NCBI GenBank assembly: GCA_963775425.1
Contig: CAVZJB010000004.1
Location: 384,001-448,000 of the forward strand
Direction: 5' to 3'
DNA from: an uncultured delta proteobacterium
GTDB lineage: Bacteria > Myxococcota > UBA727 > VGSZ01
Length of the DNA: 64,000 nt
A program made the position numbers and the translations under genes. This document shows positions 1-9,467 of this stretch, in pieces. The notes beneath the pieces were generated by a model. The model was not told where the DNA came from, searched no databases, and saw nothing but the letters and a program-made list of their open reading frames with translations. Positions within the stretch are counted from its first letter, which is position 1, and each line of letters opens with the position of its first letter.

Positions 1-2
1 GC

Positions 3-3000
3 GGCAACGTCCTGTACAACAAGACCATCGTCGGCACGGCCAACATCGGCCGTCCCTCGATCGCCCGTGTCAGCGACACCAGCACCATCTTCTGCTCCAG
101 CAACGGTGACAACCGCCCGCCGGAGTTCGGCGTCGCCTGCGCCGCCGTCGACGCCCTCACCGGCGACAAGACCTGGGACAACAACACCTGCACGCCCGCC
201 CGCGGCAACAACACCCAGGGCTCCTGCCTCATCGCGCAGTCGCACCCGAACGCGAACCCGCCGACGTACATGAACCAGCCGATCGTCGCCCTCGGCGAAA
301 ACGGCCGCTTCTACGTGCAGGTCGAGCAGAGCAACGGCCCGCCGAACAACAACAACAACAACGCCCGCGGCGCCACCACCACCATGCTGTACACGCTGCT
401 CCCGAACGCGACCGGCCCGAGCATCCAGGGCCACGTCGAGAGCATCGGCCTCAACCAGGTGCACGCCACCACCTGCACCGGCAAGTACGGCCAGGACGCC
501 AAGGTCCACGTCGCGGTCGTCGACTCCTCCATCACCGGCTCCGGCATCGGCGCCGTGCAGCTCGAGAAGTTCGACATCACCGGCCAGACCCTGACCCAGG
601 TCGGCAACCCGCTCGCCCTCTCCGGCTACCCGGCGGACAGCGGCTACCTCGCCAACCAGGACGGCCAGAACCCGAACGACCAGGGCCGTGACTTCATGCG
701 CTGCATCGGCGACATCGCCAACCCCGGCTTCGGCGTGGCCAACGGCTTCATGCCCACCGTGCAGAGCTTCTTCGCCATCCCCTTCGCCGGCTGCGCCGAC
801 GACCAGGGCGCGGCGTGCGACCCCGACGTCAACCCGAACAACCCCGAGAAGAACTCGCTGTTCCTGAGCCTCCTGCCCGCCGAGGAGCCCGCGCCCGCGC
901 CCATCGTGACCCACGACCTCTCCGTCGTCGTCGATGGCCAGGGCACCGGCAAGGTCTTCTCGAGCCCGCTCGGTGTCGACGGCTGCGACAGCGGCGCCAC
1001 CTGCACCGCCACCTTCGACGAAGGCACCAACATCACGCTGACCGCTCTCGCCGGTGAAGGCTCCATCTTCAGCGGATGGCAGGGCGCCTGCACGGGCACC
1101 GGCGGCTGCGTCGTCGCCATGAGCCAGGCGCAGCAGGTCACCGCGACCTTCGACGTCGGCGGCGTCATCGTGAACGACCCCGTCGGCCTCATCGTGAGCG
1201 TCCTCGGTCAGGGTGACGGCAGCGTGACCTCCGACCCCGCGGGCATCACCTGCACCGGCGGCACCTGCGCCAGCAACTTCGACCGCAACAGCAGCGTGAC
1301 GCTCACCGCCACTCCCGGCGCGGGCTCGAAGTTCACGGGCTGGAACGGCGACTGCAGCGGCACCGAGCCCTGCGTGCTCACGCTCAGCGCCGCGCGCAAC
1401 GTGACCGCGGTGTTCGACCTCGACCCGAACGCGCCCGACGGCGGCGACAACGGCAACGGCAACGGCGGCGACGTGACCAAGGCTCCGGGCGCGAGCTCGA
1501 CGGGCTTCAACTGCGCCTCGAGCGGTTCCAGCCCGAGCGCCTACGCCATGCTCGCGCTCGTGGCGGGCGGCCTGTTGTTCCTCCGTCGCCGGAGGTCGGT
1601 TCTGACGGGCGCCGCGAGCGCTGCCGTCGCCGTCGGCCTCGTCGCCTCGCTGACCGCCTGCCCGGCGGCGGCGCCGACCCCGGTCATCGACGCCTTCGTC
1701 GCCGACCAGCCCACGGTCGCGGCGGGGACGCCGGTGCAGCTCTCCTACCAGGTGCATGACGCCGAGGCGGTGACCATCTCCGTGCTCGCCGGTGTCGACG
1801 TGCTTCCCTTCAGCGACCAGCTGAGCGGAACCATCTTCACCCCACCGGTGACGGTCCCCACCACGTTCGTCATCACGGCGTTCGGCCCCGCGCTTGCGGG
1901 GCGCGCCCCCATCCAAAGCACCAAGACGGTGAGCGTGACGGTGGGTGACCCCGCCAACCCGACGCCGAGCGAGGGCGAGGGCGAGGGCGAGAACAACGTC
2001 GCGGTCCACGCGCAGATCCTGTCGTTCGGGCCGTCGGCGACCAACGTCACCACCGGCGACTCCGTGACCCTGACCTGGCAGACGAGCAACGCCGCCTCCG
2101 GCGTCATCCTCGCCAACGACGCGGTGCTGACCACCATCACGGCGTCCGACCTCACCACCGGCACGTTCGGCACCACCCCCGACGCGTCCGCGGTGTACAC
2201 GCTGTCGCTGTCCGGCTCCGACGGTCAGCTCGTGACGTCGACGACGGCCGTGAACGTGTCCCCGCCGGGCGTGGGGCCGCTCACCGCCGAGGCGATGTTC
2301 TCGAGCAACGTCGAGCCCATCCTGCAGTCGAAGTGCGGTGTCTGCCACGAGTCGGGCAACGCCTCGGGCTACCCGGACCTCTTCGGCACCAGCAGCCCCG
2401 ACACCTACTACCAGCGCGTCACCGCCGACTCGCGGTTCATCCCCGCGGTCCCCGAGGACAGCCTGCTGCTGTTGAAGGGTGAGCACACCGGCCCGGCGTT
2501 CCTCCCGGCGGAGGCGCAGCAGGTGACCGCGTGGCTCGTGCAGGAAGCGGGGGAGCGCGGCACCGGCTCCACCGGCCCCACCGACCCGGGTCCGACGGGC
2601 AACTTCCAGCCGACCACGCTCGCCGAGGCCCTCACCCGCTTCGGCGCCTGCATGGACCGCCAGGTGTGGGACAACACCGTGGGCCAGGGCAACAACACGC
2701 GCATCGCCCAGCAGAACACCACGCAGGGCAAGTGCATGGGCTGCCACTCCTCCGGCACGGCGGGCGCGTTCCTGAGCGCCAGCTCCGGTGACACGTTCGA
2801 CATGAACCGCACCCGCCCCTACGTCCTGAAGCTCGTGCTCAGCACGGCCAACGTCGATGGCTCCTTCAAGGACCTCGTCGCGGCCCGCCGCTTCGAGAAG
2901 AAGGGCAGCGAGGGCGGCGACCACCCGAGCTACCAGCTCACCCAGGCCCGCCTCGACGCCATCAACAGCTTCGTGGACCAGACCCTCACGTCGTACCACG

Positions 3001-3029
3001 ACTACACGCAGGCCTGTAACAACCCGTAG
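3..3029 (+). CDS. Large exported protein, 5'-truncated: two InlB-B-like Cys repeats, internal MYXO-CTERM-like segment plus lipobox, Ig-like domains, two c-type heme motifs
   Basis: Frame is open from the window start into ORF 270..3029. Repeats 'V.GQG.G.V.S.P.G..C...C...F...TLTA...S.F.GW.G.C.G' occur twice. GFNCASS..LALVAGGLLFLRRRR is followed by LTAC. CGVCH at 2334-2348 and CMGCH at 2733-2747. Confidence 0.85.
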   Translation, partial: GNVLYNKTIVGTANIGRPSIARVSDTSTIFCSSNGDNRPPEFGVACAAVDALTGDKTWDNNTCTPARGNNTQGSCLIAQSHPNANPPTYMNQPIVALGENGRFYVQVEQSNGPPNNNNNNARGATTTMLYTLLPNATGPSIQGHVESIGLNQVHATTCTGKYGQDAKVHVAVVDSSITGSGIGAVQLEKFDITGQTLTQVGNPLALSGYPADSGYLANQDGQNPNDQGRDFMRCIGDIANPGFGVANGFMPTVQSFFAIPFAGCADDQGAACDPDVNPNNPEKNSLFLSLLPAEEPAPAPIVTHDLSVVVDGQGTGKVFSSPLGVDGCDSGATCTATFDEGTNITLTALAGEGSIFSGWQGACTGTGGCVVAMSQAQQVTATFDVGGVIVNDPVGLIVSVLGQGDGSVTSDPAGITCTGGTCASNFDRNSSVTLTATPGAGSKFTGWNGDCSGTEPCVLTLSAARNVTAVFDLDPNAPDGGDNGNGNGGDVTKAPGASSTGFNCASSGSSPSAYAMLALVAGGLLFLRRRRSVLTGAASAAVAVGLVASLTACPAAAPTPVIDAFVADQPTVAAGTPVQLSYQVHDAEAVTISVLAGVDVLPFSDQLSGTIFTPPVTVPTTFVITAFGPALAGRAPIQSTKTVSVTVGDPANPTPSEGEGEGENNVAVHAQILSFGPSATNVTTGDSVTLTWQTSNAASGVILANDAVLTTITASDLTTGTFGTTPDASAVYTLSLSGSDGQLVTSTTAVNVSPPGVGPLTAEAMFSSNVEPILQSKCGVCHESGNASGYPDLFGTSSPDTYYQRVTADSRFIPAVPEDSLLLLKGEHTGPAFLPAEAQQVTAWLVQEAGERGTGSTGPTDPGPTGNFQPTTLAEALTRFGACMDRQVWDNTVGQGNNTRIAQQNTTQGKCMGCHSSGTAGAFLSASSGDTFDMNRTRPYVLKLVLSTANVDGSFKDLVAARRFEKKGSEGGDHPSYQLTQARLDAINSFVDQTLTSYHDYTQACNNP

Positions 3030-3066
3030 TAGCGCATTGCGCACACGAGTGCGCTAGGCTCGCTCC

Positions 3067-3777
3067 ATGGAGCCGGCAACGATCCTGGTCGTCGATGACG
3101 AGCCGGATCTTTGCCGGCTCCTCCAATTCAACCTCGGCGAAGCCGGGTTCGTCCCGCAGGTCGCCGAGAGCGGCACCGAGGGCCTCGCCGCCGCCGAGAA
3201 GCACCGCCCGAGCGTCGTCGTCCTCGATCTCATGCTGCCCGACCTGCCGGGCACCGAGGTCTGCCGGCGCCTGCGCGCGCACCCCGACCTCCATGACGTC
3301 GGCATCCTGATGCTCACGGCGCGCAGCGACGACTACGACCGCATCGTCGGCTTCGAGCTCGGTTGCGACGACTACGTGGTGAAGCCGTTCAACGTGCGCG
3401 AGGTGATGTTGCGCGTGCGCGCCCTGGCCCGCCGCGTGAGCGATCGGCGCGCGGCGGCGGCGGCCAACGCGGGGATCTCGAGCGGCCGCGTGGTGTCGTG
3501 GCGCGGCCTGAAGGTCGACATCGATCGCCACGACGTCACGGCGGACGGCGAGGAGCTCCATCTGCGCCCCGTCGAGTTCCGGCTGCTGACGGCGCTCCTC
3601 GAGAACCCGGGCACCGTGTTGTCGCGCGAGCGGCTCCTCGAAGAGGTGTGGGGCGCCGACGAGGTGAGCACGCGCACCGTCGACACCCACGTGAAGCGCC
3701 TGCGCCAACGGCTCGGCGCATACGGGGAGTGCATCGAGACCGTGGTCGGCTTCGGCTACCGCGTTCGCGAGCCGTGA
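3067..3777 (+). CDS. OmpR/PhoB-family response regulator (PhoB-like)
   Basis: ILVVDDE, LDLMLP, DDYVVKPF receiver motifs; winged-helix tail TRTVDTHVKRLRQRLG..IETVVGFGY. Confidence 0.93.
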   Translation: MEPATILVVDDEPDLCRLLQFNLGEAGFVPQVAESGTEGLAAAEKHRPSVVVLDLMLPDLPGTEVCRRLRAHPDLHDVGILMLTARSDDYDRIVGFELGCDDYVVKPFNVREVMLRVRALARRVSDRRAAAAANAGISSGRVVSWRGLKVDIDRHDVTADGEELHLRPVEFRLLTALLENPGTVLSRERLLEEVWGADEVSTRTVDTHVKRLRQRLGAYGECIETVVGFGYRVREP

Positions 3778-5486
3778 AGCTCACCTTCCGGGTGAAGCTG
3801 ATGCTCGGCTACGTCGCCCTCGTGGCGGTCGCCGAGATCCTCACCGTCGTCGCCCTCGACCGCTCCCTGTCCGCCGAGCTCACCACACAGCTCGCGCGGC
3901 GCCTCGAGGACCAGGCCAAGGGCTCCGCCGAGTGGGTGGCCGCGGGGAGGCACCCCTCGGTGGTCGCCGGGCGCCTGTCGCACATCGCGAGCGCGCGCGT
4001 CACGCTCATCGACAAGGACGGCGCCGTGCTCGGCGACTCCGGCCCCGACGCCCCCGACGACGCCAGCGCGACGCCGGAGGTGGCTGCTGTGCGCGCCGGC
4101 AGGATCGGGCGCGACGTTCGCAAGAACCCGCACCTCGACGAGGAGGTGCTCTACGTCGCCGTCCCCGCGCCCGAGGGCATCGTGGTGCGGCTGGCGGCGC
4201 CGCTGTCCGACGTGAACAGCACGTTGTCGTTGTTGCGCCAACGACTGCTGCTGGTGTCGGCGGTGGTGTTCGTGCTGGCGGTGCTGTTGGCGCTGGTGGC
4301 GGCGCGCCTGCTCGCGTTGCCGTTGGTGGCCATGCGCGATGCAGCGCGCGGCATCGCCCAGGGCGACTACGACGTGCACCTGCCGCCGGGGCCGCAGGAC
4401 GAGTTCGGCGATCTCTCGCGCTCGCTGCGCTCGCTGGCCGATCAGCTCGACGCGCGCATCGGCGAGATCGTGTCGCAGAGGAACCGTTTGCAGACCGTGC
4501 TGGCGTCGATGATCGAGGGCGTCGTCGTGCTCGACGCCGAGCGCAAGGTGGAGCTCGCCAACCCGTCCGCCGAGCGCCTGCTCGGCCGCGGCGCGCTTGC
4601 CGGCCGCTCGCTCGACGACATCGTCGTGGTGCCGGCGCTGCGCGCGCTGTTCGATTCGGCGGGGGCCGAGGGCGCCGCCGCCGAGGTCGAAGACGGCGAG
4701 CGCGTGCTGGCGGCGACGGTGCAGCCCCTGTCCGACGGCGGCGCGGTCTGCGTGCTCCACGACGTCACGGCGCCCCGCCGCATGGAGGCGATGCGCCGCC
4801 AGTTCATCGGCGACATCTCCCACGAGATCGGCACACCGGTGTCGGCCATCCAGGGCTACGCGGAGACGCTGATGTCGAAGAAGCAGCTCGACCCGGCGAT
4901 CACCACCGAGTTCCTCGAGATCATCCATCGCCACGCGCGCCGCATCGGCAACCTCGTCGCCGACCTCCGCTTCCTGTCGGCGCTCGAGGGCCGCGTGCCG
5001 GACGCGCACGAGGCCCGCGAGCCCGTCAGCCTCCGCGAGCTGGCGCACCACGTGAGCGAGACCGTTCGCCCCCGCGCCGAGGAGCGGAAGACCTCCGTGA
5101 GCATCGACATCGACGACGACGTCGTCGCGCTGGGCGACACCGACCACGTGGAGCGCGTGCTGCTGAACCTCGTGGACAACGCCGTGAAGTACGGGCGCGC
5201 CGGCGGCACCATCACCGTACGGGGTCGGAAGAAGGGCGGACGTGTCGTCGTCGAGGTCACCGACGACGGGCCGGGTATCCCCGCCGACCACATCGACCGC
5301 GTCTTCGACCGCTTCTACCGCGTCGACCGCGGTCGCTCCCGCGCCGTCGGCGGAACGGGCCTCGGCCTCGCCATCGTGAAGCAGCTCGCCGAGGCGATGG
5401 GCGGCAGCGCCGCGGTGACGAGCGAGCTCGGCAAGGGTGCCCGCTTCGTCGTCGAGCTCCCCGCCGTCGACATGGCAAACGCATGA
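3774..5486 (+). CDS. PhoR-like sensor histidine kinase (2 TM, HAMP, PAS, HisKA, HATPase)
   Basis: GTG overlaps the regulator stop (GTGA). H-box DISHEIGTP, N-box NLVDNAVKY, DDGPGI, FDRFYRVD, GGTGLGL. Confidence 0.92.
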   Translation: MKLTFRVKLMLGYVALVAVAEILTVVALDRSLSAELTTQLARRLEDQAKGSAEWVAAGRHPSVVAGRLSHIASARVTLIDKDGAVLGDSGPDAPDDASATPEVAAVRAGRIGRDVRKNPHLDEEVLYVAVPAPEGIVVRLAAPLSDVNSTLSLLRQRLLLVSAVVFVLAVLLALVAARLLALPLVAMRDAARGIAQGDYDVHLPPGPQDEFGDLSRSLRSLADQLDARIGEIVSQRNRLQTVLASMIEGVVVLDAERKVELANPSAERLLGRGALAGRSLDDIVVVPALRALFDSAGAEGAAAEVEDGERVLAATVQPLSDGGAVCVLHDVTAPRRMEAMRRQFIGDISHEIGTPVSAIQGYAETLMSKKQLDPAITTEFLEIIHRHARRIGNLVADLRFLSALEGRVPDAHEAREPVSLRELAHHVSETVRPRAEERKTSVSIDIDDDVVALGDTDHVERVLLNLVDNAVKYGRAGGTITVRGRKKGGRVVVEVTDDGPGIPADHIDRVFDRFYRVDRGRSRAVGGTGLGLAIVKQLAEAMGGSAAVTSELGKGARFVVELPAVDMANA

Positions 5487-5561
5487 CACGCGCTTGGCCG
5501 CGCGACGACACGGGACCGACCGATTGACCTCGTCACGAGCGCGGCTTTAGCGTGGCTCATC

Positions 5562-6185
5562 ATGAAAAAACTCAATGGCCTTCTCGTCCTCTCGTCGTTC
5601 CTGATGCTGCCCCTGCTGTCCACCGCCTGCCCGCCCGCCGTGGGCGAAGGCGAAGGCGAAGGCGAAGGCGAAGGTGAAGGTGAAGGTGAAGGTGAAGGTG
5701 AAGGCGAAGGCGAAGGCGAAGGCGAAGGAGAGGGCGAAGGCGAAGGAGATGCTTGTCTCTCCGGTGGCACCGCTTTGACGACGACGGGCGCGGGCCGCTG
5801 CGACGACCCGAAGGTGGTCACCATCGCGAGCACGGGCACGTTCGTCGTGCAGACGGGCGCGGACCAGACCAACGGCAACAACGCCAACCTCGACACGTGC
5901 GCCAACGGCCAGACCGCGCGTGACGTCGCCTTCCAGCTCGATCTTCCCGCGGGCGTGACGACGTTGCAGGCGAGCGTGGACGCTGGCGGCGGGTCCCCCC
6001 TCGTCAACATCTTCTCCGGCGCGGCGTGCGGCCAGACCGTGAACCAGTGCGCGGCGACGAGCGGCGCGTGCGCCACTGCGACGGCGACGTCGGGGACGGA
6101 CTTCACGGGGACGTCGATCTTCGTCTCCGTCTCCGAGGAGACCGCCACCGCCAACGACTACGCCCTGCGACTCGACGTCCAATGA
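5562..6185 (+). CDS. Lipoprotein with (Gly-Glu)17 linker and Cys-containing beta domain
   Basis: MKK plus hydrophobic stretch plus STAC lipobox; GE tract at 5643-5747. Confidence 0.85.
   Translation: MKKLNGLLVLSSFLMLPLLSTACPPAVGEGEGEGEGEGEGEGEGEGEGEGEGEGEGEGEGEGDACLSGGTALTTTGAGRCDDPKVVTIASTGTFVVQTGADQTNGNNANLDTCANGQTARDVAFQLDLPAGVTTLQASVDAGGGSPLVNIFSGAACGQTVNQCAATSGACATATATSGTDFTGTSIFVSVSEETATANDYALRLDVQ
5643..5747 (+). repeat. 6-bp coding microsatellite (GGN GAR)x17
   Basis: Direct reading; synonymous variation between units. Confidence 0.95.
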
Positions 6186-6595
6186 GAGCCCGAGCGCTCA
6201 CCTCGCTCGCCGGCGTCGCCGCCGCGGGACTGCTCGCCGGCGTCTGGCCGAGCTGTCTCCCCGACGGCCCGCCGGAGATCTGCGACAACGGGATCGACGA
6301 CGACGGCGACGGCAACGTCGACTGCGACGACGCCGACTGCGAAGCCGAGTGCGCCGTCACCGCTGGCGAGGGCGAAGGGGAAGGCGAAGGCGAGGGCGAG
6401 GGCGAAGGGGAAGGCGAAGGGGAGGGCGAAGGGGAGGGCGAAGGGGAGGGCGAAGGTGAGGGTGAGGGTGAGGGCGAAGGTGAGGGTGAAGGCGAGGGCG
6501 AAGGTGAGGGTGAGGGTGAAGGCGAGGGCGAAGGTGAGGGCGAAGGCGAAGGCGAGGGAGAGGGCGAGGGTGAAGGTGAAGGCGAGGGCGAATGA
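6182..6595 (+). CDS. Small exported protein or lipoprotein with an [22 protein letters not shown] acidic motif and a C-terminal (GE)~38 tail
   Basis: ATG overlaps the previous stop (ATGA); signal peptide ending PSC; stop overlaps the next ATG. Confidence 0.8.
   Translation: MRARALTSLAGVAAAGLLAGVWPSCLPDGPPEICDNGIDDDGDGNVDCDDADCEAECAVTAGEGEGEGEGEGEGEGEGEGEGEGEGEGEGEGEGEGEGEGEGEGEGEGEGEGEGEGEGEGEGEGEGEGEGEGEGEGE
6365..6592 (+). repeat. 6-bp coding microsatellite, about 38 Gly-Glu units
   Basis: 228 nt of GGN GAR running into the stop codon. Confidence 0.95.
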
Positions 6596-8814
6596 TGAGG
6601 ATGTCGACGGCAGCGCTCGCGTGCGCGCTCGTCGCTGCGGTGCCCGCGCGAGCGGGGGTGGAGACCTCGTGGGACTGCTTCTTCGCCGCCGAAGGCGTTG
6701 ATTGCTCCCAGCTCGAAGAAGCGTTCTTCCACGCGACCCCGTTGTTGATCCGTGTCGACGCGCCGGACAAGCCGGCGCCCTACGACGGTGGAGCCGTGCA
6801 CCCGTCGAGCGACGAGCGCGCCGGGGCCTCGCCGGCGTCGGGCGAGCCGGGCGCGACGTGGGGCGCCGGGGCGTCGCCGGCGTCGGGCACGCCGGGCGCG
6901 ACGTGGGGCGCCGGGGCGTCGCCGGCGTCGGGCACGCCGGGCGCGACGTGGGGCGCCGGGGCGTCGCCGGCGGCGGGCACGCCGGGCGCGACGTCGGGCG
7001 CAGGGGCGTCGCCGGCGGCGGGCACGCCGGGCGCGACGTGGGGCGCAGGGGCGTCGCCGGCGTCGGGCACGCCGGGCGCGACGTCGGGCGCAGGGACGTC
7101 GCCGGCGTCGGGCACGCCGGGCGCGACCTCGGGCGCAGGGACGTCGCCGGCGGCGGGCACGCCGGGCGCGACCTCGGGCGCAGGGACGTCACCGGCGGCG
7201 GGCACGCCGGGCGCGACCTCGGGCGCAGGGACGTCGCCGGCGGCGGGCACGCCGGGCGCGACCTCGGGCGCAGGGACGTCGCCGACGGCGGGCGCGCCGG
7301 GCGCGACCTCGGGCGCAGGGACGTCGCCGGCGGCGGGCACGCCGGGCGCGACCTCGGGCGCCGGGACCTCGCCGGCGGCGGGCGAGCCGGCCGCCACGTG
7401 GGACGCCGGGACGTCGCCGGCGTCGGGCACGCCTGCGGCCGCGTCGGGCGCAGCGACGTCACCGTCGTCGGGCGCCGCGACGGCGCCGGAGCCGCCGGGT
7501 GCAGGCGCTCCGGCGCACGCCGCACCACCGGCAGCGCCGGACGACTCCTCGCACGCGGCGCCGGACGCTCCCCCTCAGGCATCGACGCACGCGGATGCGT
7601 CGACGAGGCGGGTCGCGGTGGTGCTGCGCAGCACGCCGTTCACCGGGGGCGTCGAGTACAGCATCGACATCACCGGCGCCGACGGGCGCGAGCACGTGGG
7701 CATCGTGGACCGCGTGCCGTCGACCTTCTCCGACGCCACCGTCGGCAATGGCAGCGGCGGCGGCGGCGGGCTCGGCGGCGGCGCCGACACCGGCGGCGGC
7801 GGCGGACAGGGGACGGGCGGCGGCAGCGGCCGCGGCCGCGTCTCGCGCAGCGCCGTCGTCGTCCTCCGCCTCGTCGCCGATCTCCAGCGGGCGATCGTGC
7901 CGTTCCTCTCCGCCGACCACCCCGCCGTCGTCGACGACGACGGCATGACGCTCTCCCTCAAGGACCCCGCCTTCACGCCGGGCCAGGCGCGCGTCGAGGA
8001 CCGCGCCGCCCGCTGGTTCGCGAGCCCTACGTTCTCCGGCGACGTCTCCCAGACCGCCCTCCTGCGCATCCAGGGCCGCGCGCAGCTCGACGCCAACTGG
8101 TCCAATCCGCTCTTTCGCGTCTTCGGCACGTCGTGGGCCGGCTTCACGTTCCTCTCCGCGCCGGGGCCGCGGGAGAAGGACCCGGCCCAGACCTTCGGCT
8201 ACGCCATCGACGGCCTCGACGTCACCGGCGCCAGCGTCCTCGGCGGCGGCTGGAGCGTCGGTGTCGAGGGCCGCGTCACCCAGGCGCCCGACCAGAACTG
8301 GTTGCTGCGGGCCTCCGGCTACACCGGCGTCGAGTGGGTCCTCGTGCCCTTCCTCGCCACCAACGGCGGCAACGTCGGCGTCCGCTACGTCATCGGCACC
8401 GAGCACCAGGAGTACGTCCACGAAAACGTCGAGAAGTCGTTCGAAGGAAACTTTCTCCGCCACCGGCTCGTCGCCTTCGGCGTCTGGCACTTCGAGCGCG
8501 TCGACCTCTCCGCGTCTCTCGCCGGCAGCTCCATCGTCAAGGACTTCACCTACTCGGACGTGTCCGCCGCGGCCAGCGTGGCGTGGCGCGTGGTCAACGA
8601 CCTCTCCGTCTCCCTGTCGACGACGGCGTCGTACCGAAACGCGCTCGTCAACGCCCCCGACAACCTCAACGAGCTCGATCCGCTCGAGCGGTTCGTCGGC
8701 GGGGGAAACTTCGGCGCCGTGAACTACACGGCGTCGCTGTCGTTGGTCTACGTCCTCGGCAACTCGCTGCTCGAGCGCCAGGACCAGAGGTGGAGCAATG
8801 GCACCGAGCAGTGA
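6592..8814 (+). CDS. Putative outer-membrane beta-barrel protein with N-terminal Cys pair and low-complexity insert
   Basis: Signal peptide (ARA-G); WDC..DC motif; C-terminal ~280 aa of alternating, aromatic-rich beta strands. Confidence 0.7.
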   Translation: MMRMSTAALACALVAAVPARAGVETSWDCFFAAEGVDCSQLEEAFFHATPLLIRVDAPDKPAPYDGGAVHPSSDERAGASPASGEPGATWGAGASPASGTPGATWGAGASPASGTPGATWGAGASPAAGTPGATSGAGASPAAGTPGATWGAGASPASGTPGATSGAGTSPASGTPGATSGAGTSPAAGTPGATSGAGTSPAAGTPGATSGAGTSPAAGTPGATSGAGTSPTAGAPGATSGAGTSPAAGTPGATSGAGTSPAAGEPAATWDAGTSPASGTPAAASGAATSPSSGAATAPEPPGAGAPAHAAPPAAPDDSSHAAPDAPPQASTHADASTRRVAVVLRSTPFTGGVEYSIDITGADGREHVGIVDRVPSTFSDATVGNGSGGGGGLGGGADTGGGGGQGTGGGSGRGRVSRSAVVVLRLVADLQRAIVPFLSADHPAVVDDDGMTLSLKDPAFTPGQARVEDRAARWFASPTFSGDVSQTALLRIQGRAQLDANWSNPLFRVFGTSWAGFTFLSAPGPREKDPAQTFGYAIDGLDVTGASVLGGGWSVGVEGRVTQAPDQNWLLRASGYTGVEWVLVPFLATNGGNVGVRYVIGTEHQEYVHENVEKSFEGNFLRHRLVAFGVWHFERVDLSASLAGSSIVKDFTYSDVSAAASVAWRVVNDLSVSLSTTASYRNALVNAPDNLNELDPLERFVGGGNFGAVNYTASLSLVYVLGNSLLERQDQRWSNGTEQ
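6820..7449 (+). repeat. 45-bp tandem repeat x14 encoding AG(A/T)SP(A/S)(S/A)GTPGAT(W/S)G
   Basis: 630 nt equals 14 x 45; read directly. Confidence 0.95.
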
Positions 8815-8815
8815 G

Positions 8816-9397
8816 TCACTGCGGCGTCAGGCGCAACCCGACGTCGGGGCCGTTTGCGCCGCCGCCGCCTCCGCCGCCTCCGCCGCCGCCGCCTCCGCCG
8901 CCTCCGCCGCCGCCGCCACCACCGCCGCCGGTGGCGCGGAACTGCAGCTCGCCGGCGTCGTCGGCGTTGACGGTGGTCGAGCCACAGGCGCCGTCGGGGT
9001 TGGTGACGTTGACCGTCTCGAAGAAGCGGAAGCCCACCGTGCTCGGGCAGCCCGACGTCGAGCACGGCTTGTTCACGGCTTGCACGAGCACCGCTTGACC
9101 CGGTTGGTAGCCGCCGACGACGAAGTAGCCCTTGAGGCTGTTGAAGGCGGCGCCGTCGACGGTGTCGCCGAAGAGCACGACGTCGTCGCCGCCGGCGTCG
9201 ATGGCGAGGGCGGTGGCGGTGCTGTCGTTGCTCAGATCGTGCTGAACGTAGAGCGCCGCCCCGTCGCAGGGCGACGAGATGTCGAGCGTGTCACCCTCCC
9301 CTTCTCCCTCGCCGCCGAGGCGATCGGAGTAGCGCTGGCACGCGCAAGCGGTCACCAGCGTCAGGAGGAGGACGACGCGTGATGAGAATCGGTTCAC
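8816..9397 (-). CDS. Lipoprotein with short GE tract and poly-Gly segment, function unknown
   Basis: GTG at 9397 with GGAG upstream; VVLLLTLVTAC lipobox; poly-Gly at about 8856-8930. Confidence 0.75.
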   Translation of the reverse strand: MNRFSSRVVLLLTLVTACACQRYSDRLGGEGEGEGDTLDISSPCDGAALYVQHDLSNDSTATALAIDAGGDDVVLFGDTVDGAAFNSLKGYFVVGGYQPGQAVLVQAVNKPCSTSGCPSTVGFRFFETVNVTNPDGACGSTTVNADDAGELQFRATGGGGGGGGGGGGGGGGGGGGGGGGANGPDVGLRLTPQ

Positions 9398-9467
9398 CCT
9401 GCTCCTCCGATAACCTCGAGGATACGGAGTTGGTTTCGACGACGTCAACGCGACGAGGGAGTGAGTC

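Noticed and set aside
3030-3057. Hairpin TAGCGCA..TGCGCTA as a terminator
   Set aside because: Short stem, no U-tract, and only ~10 bp before the next start; not enough support.
3363-3773. N-terminal extension of the histidine kinase in the ORF track
   Set aside because: Overlaps the response regulator; GTG 3774 gives the usual coupled start followed by a TM helix.
6158-7948. Arg- or Pro-rich repeat ORFs in other frames of the 45-bp VNTR
   Set aside because: Alternative readings of a stop-free GC repeat; only the 6592 frame has a signal peptide and a folded domain.
9398-9467. Moco riboswitch or ModE box
   Set aside because: The 70-bp gap is too short for the Moco RNA motif and has no TATAT-N-ATATA pattern.
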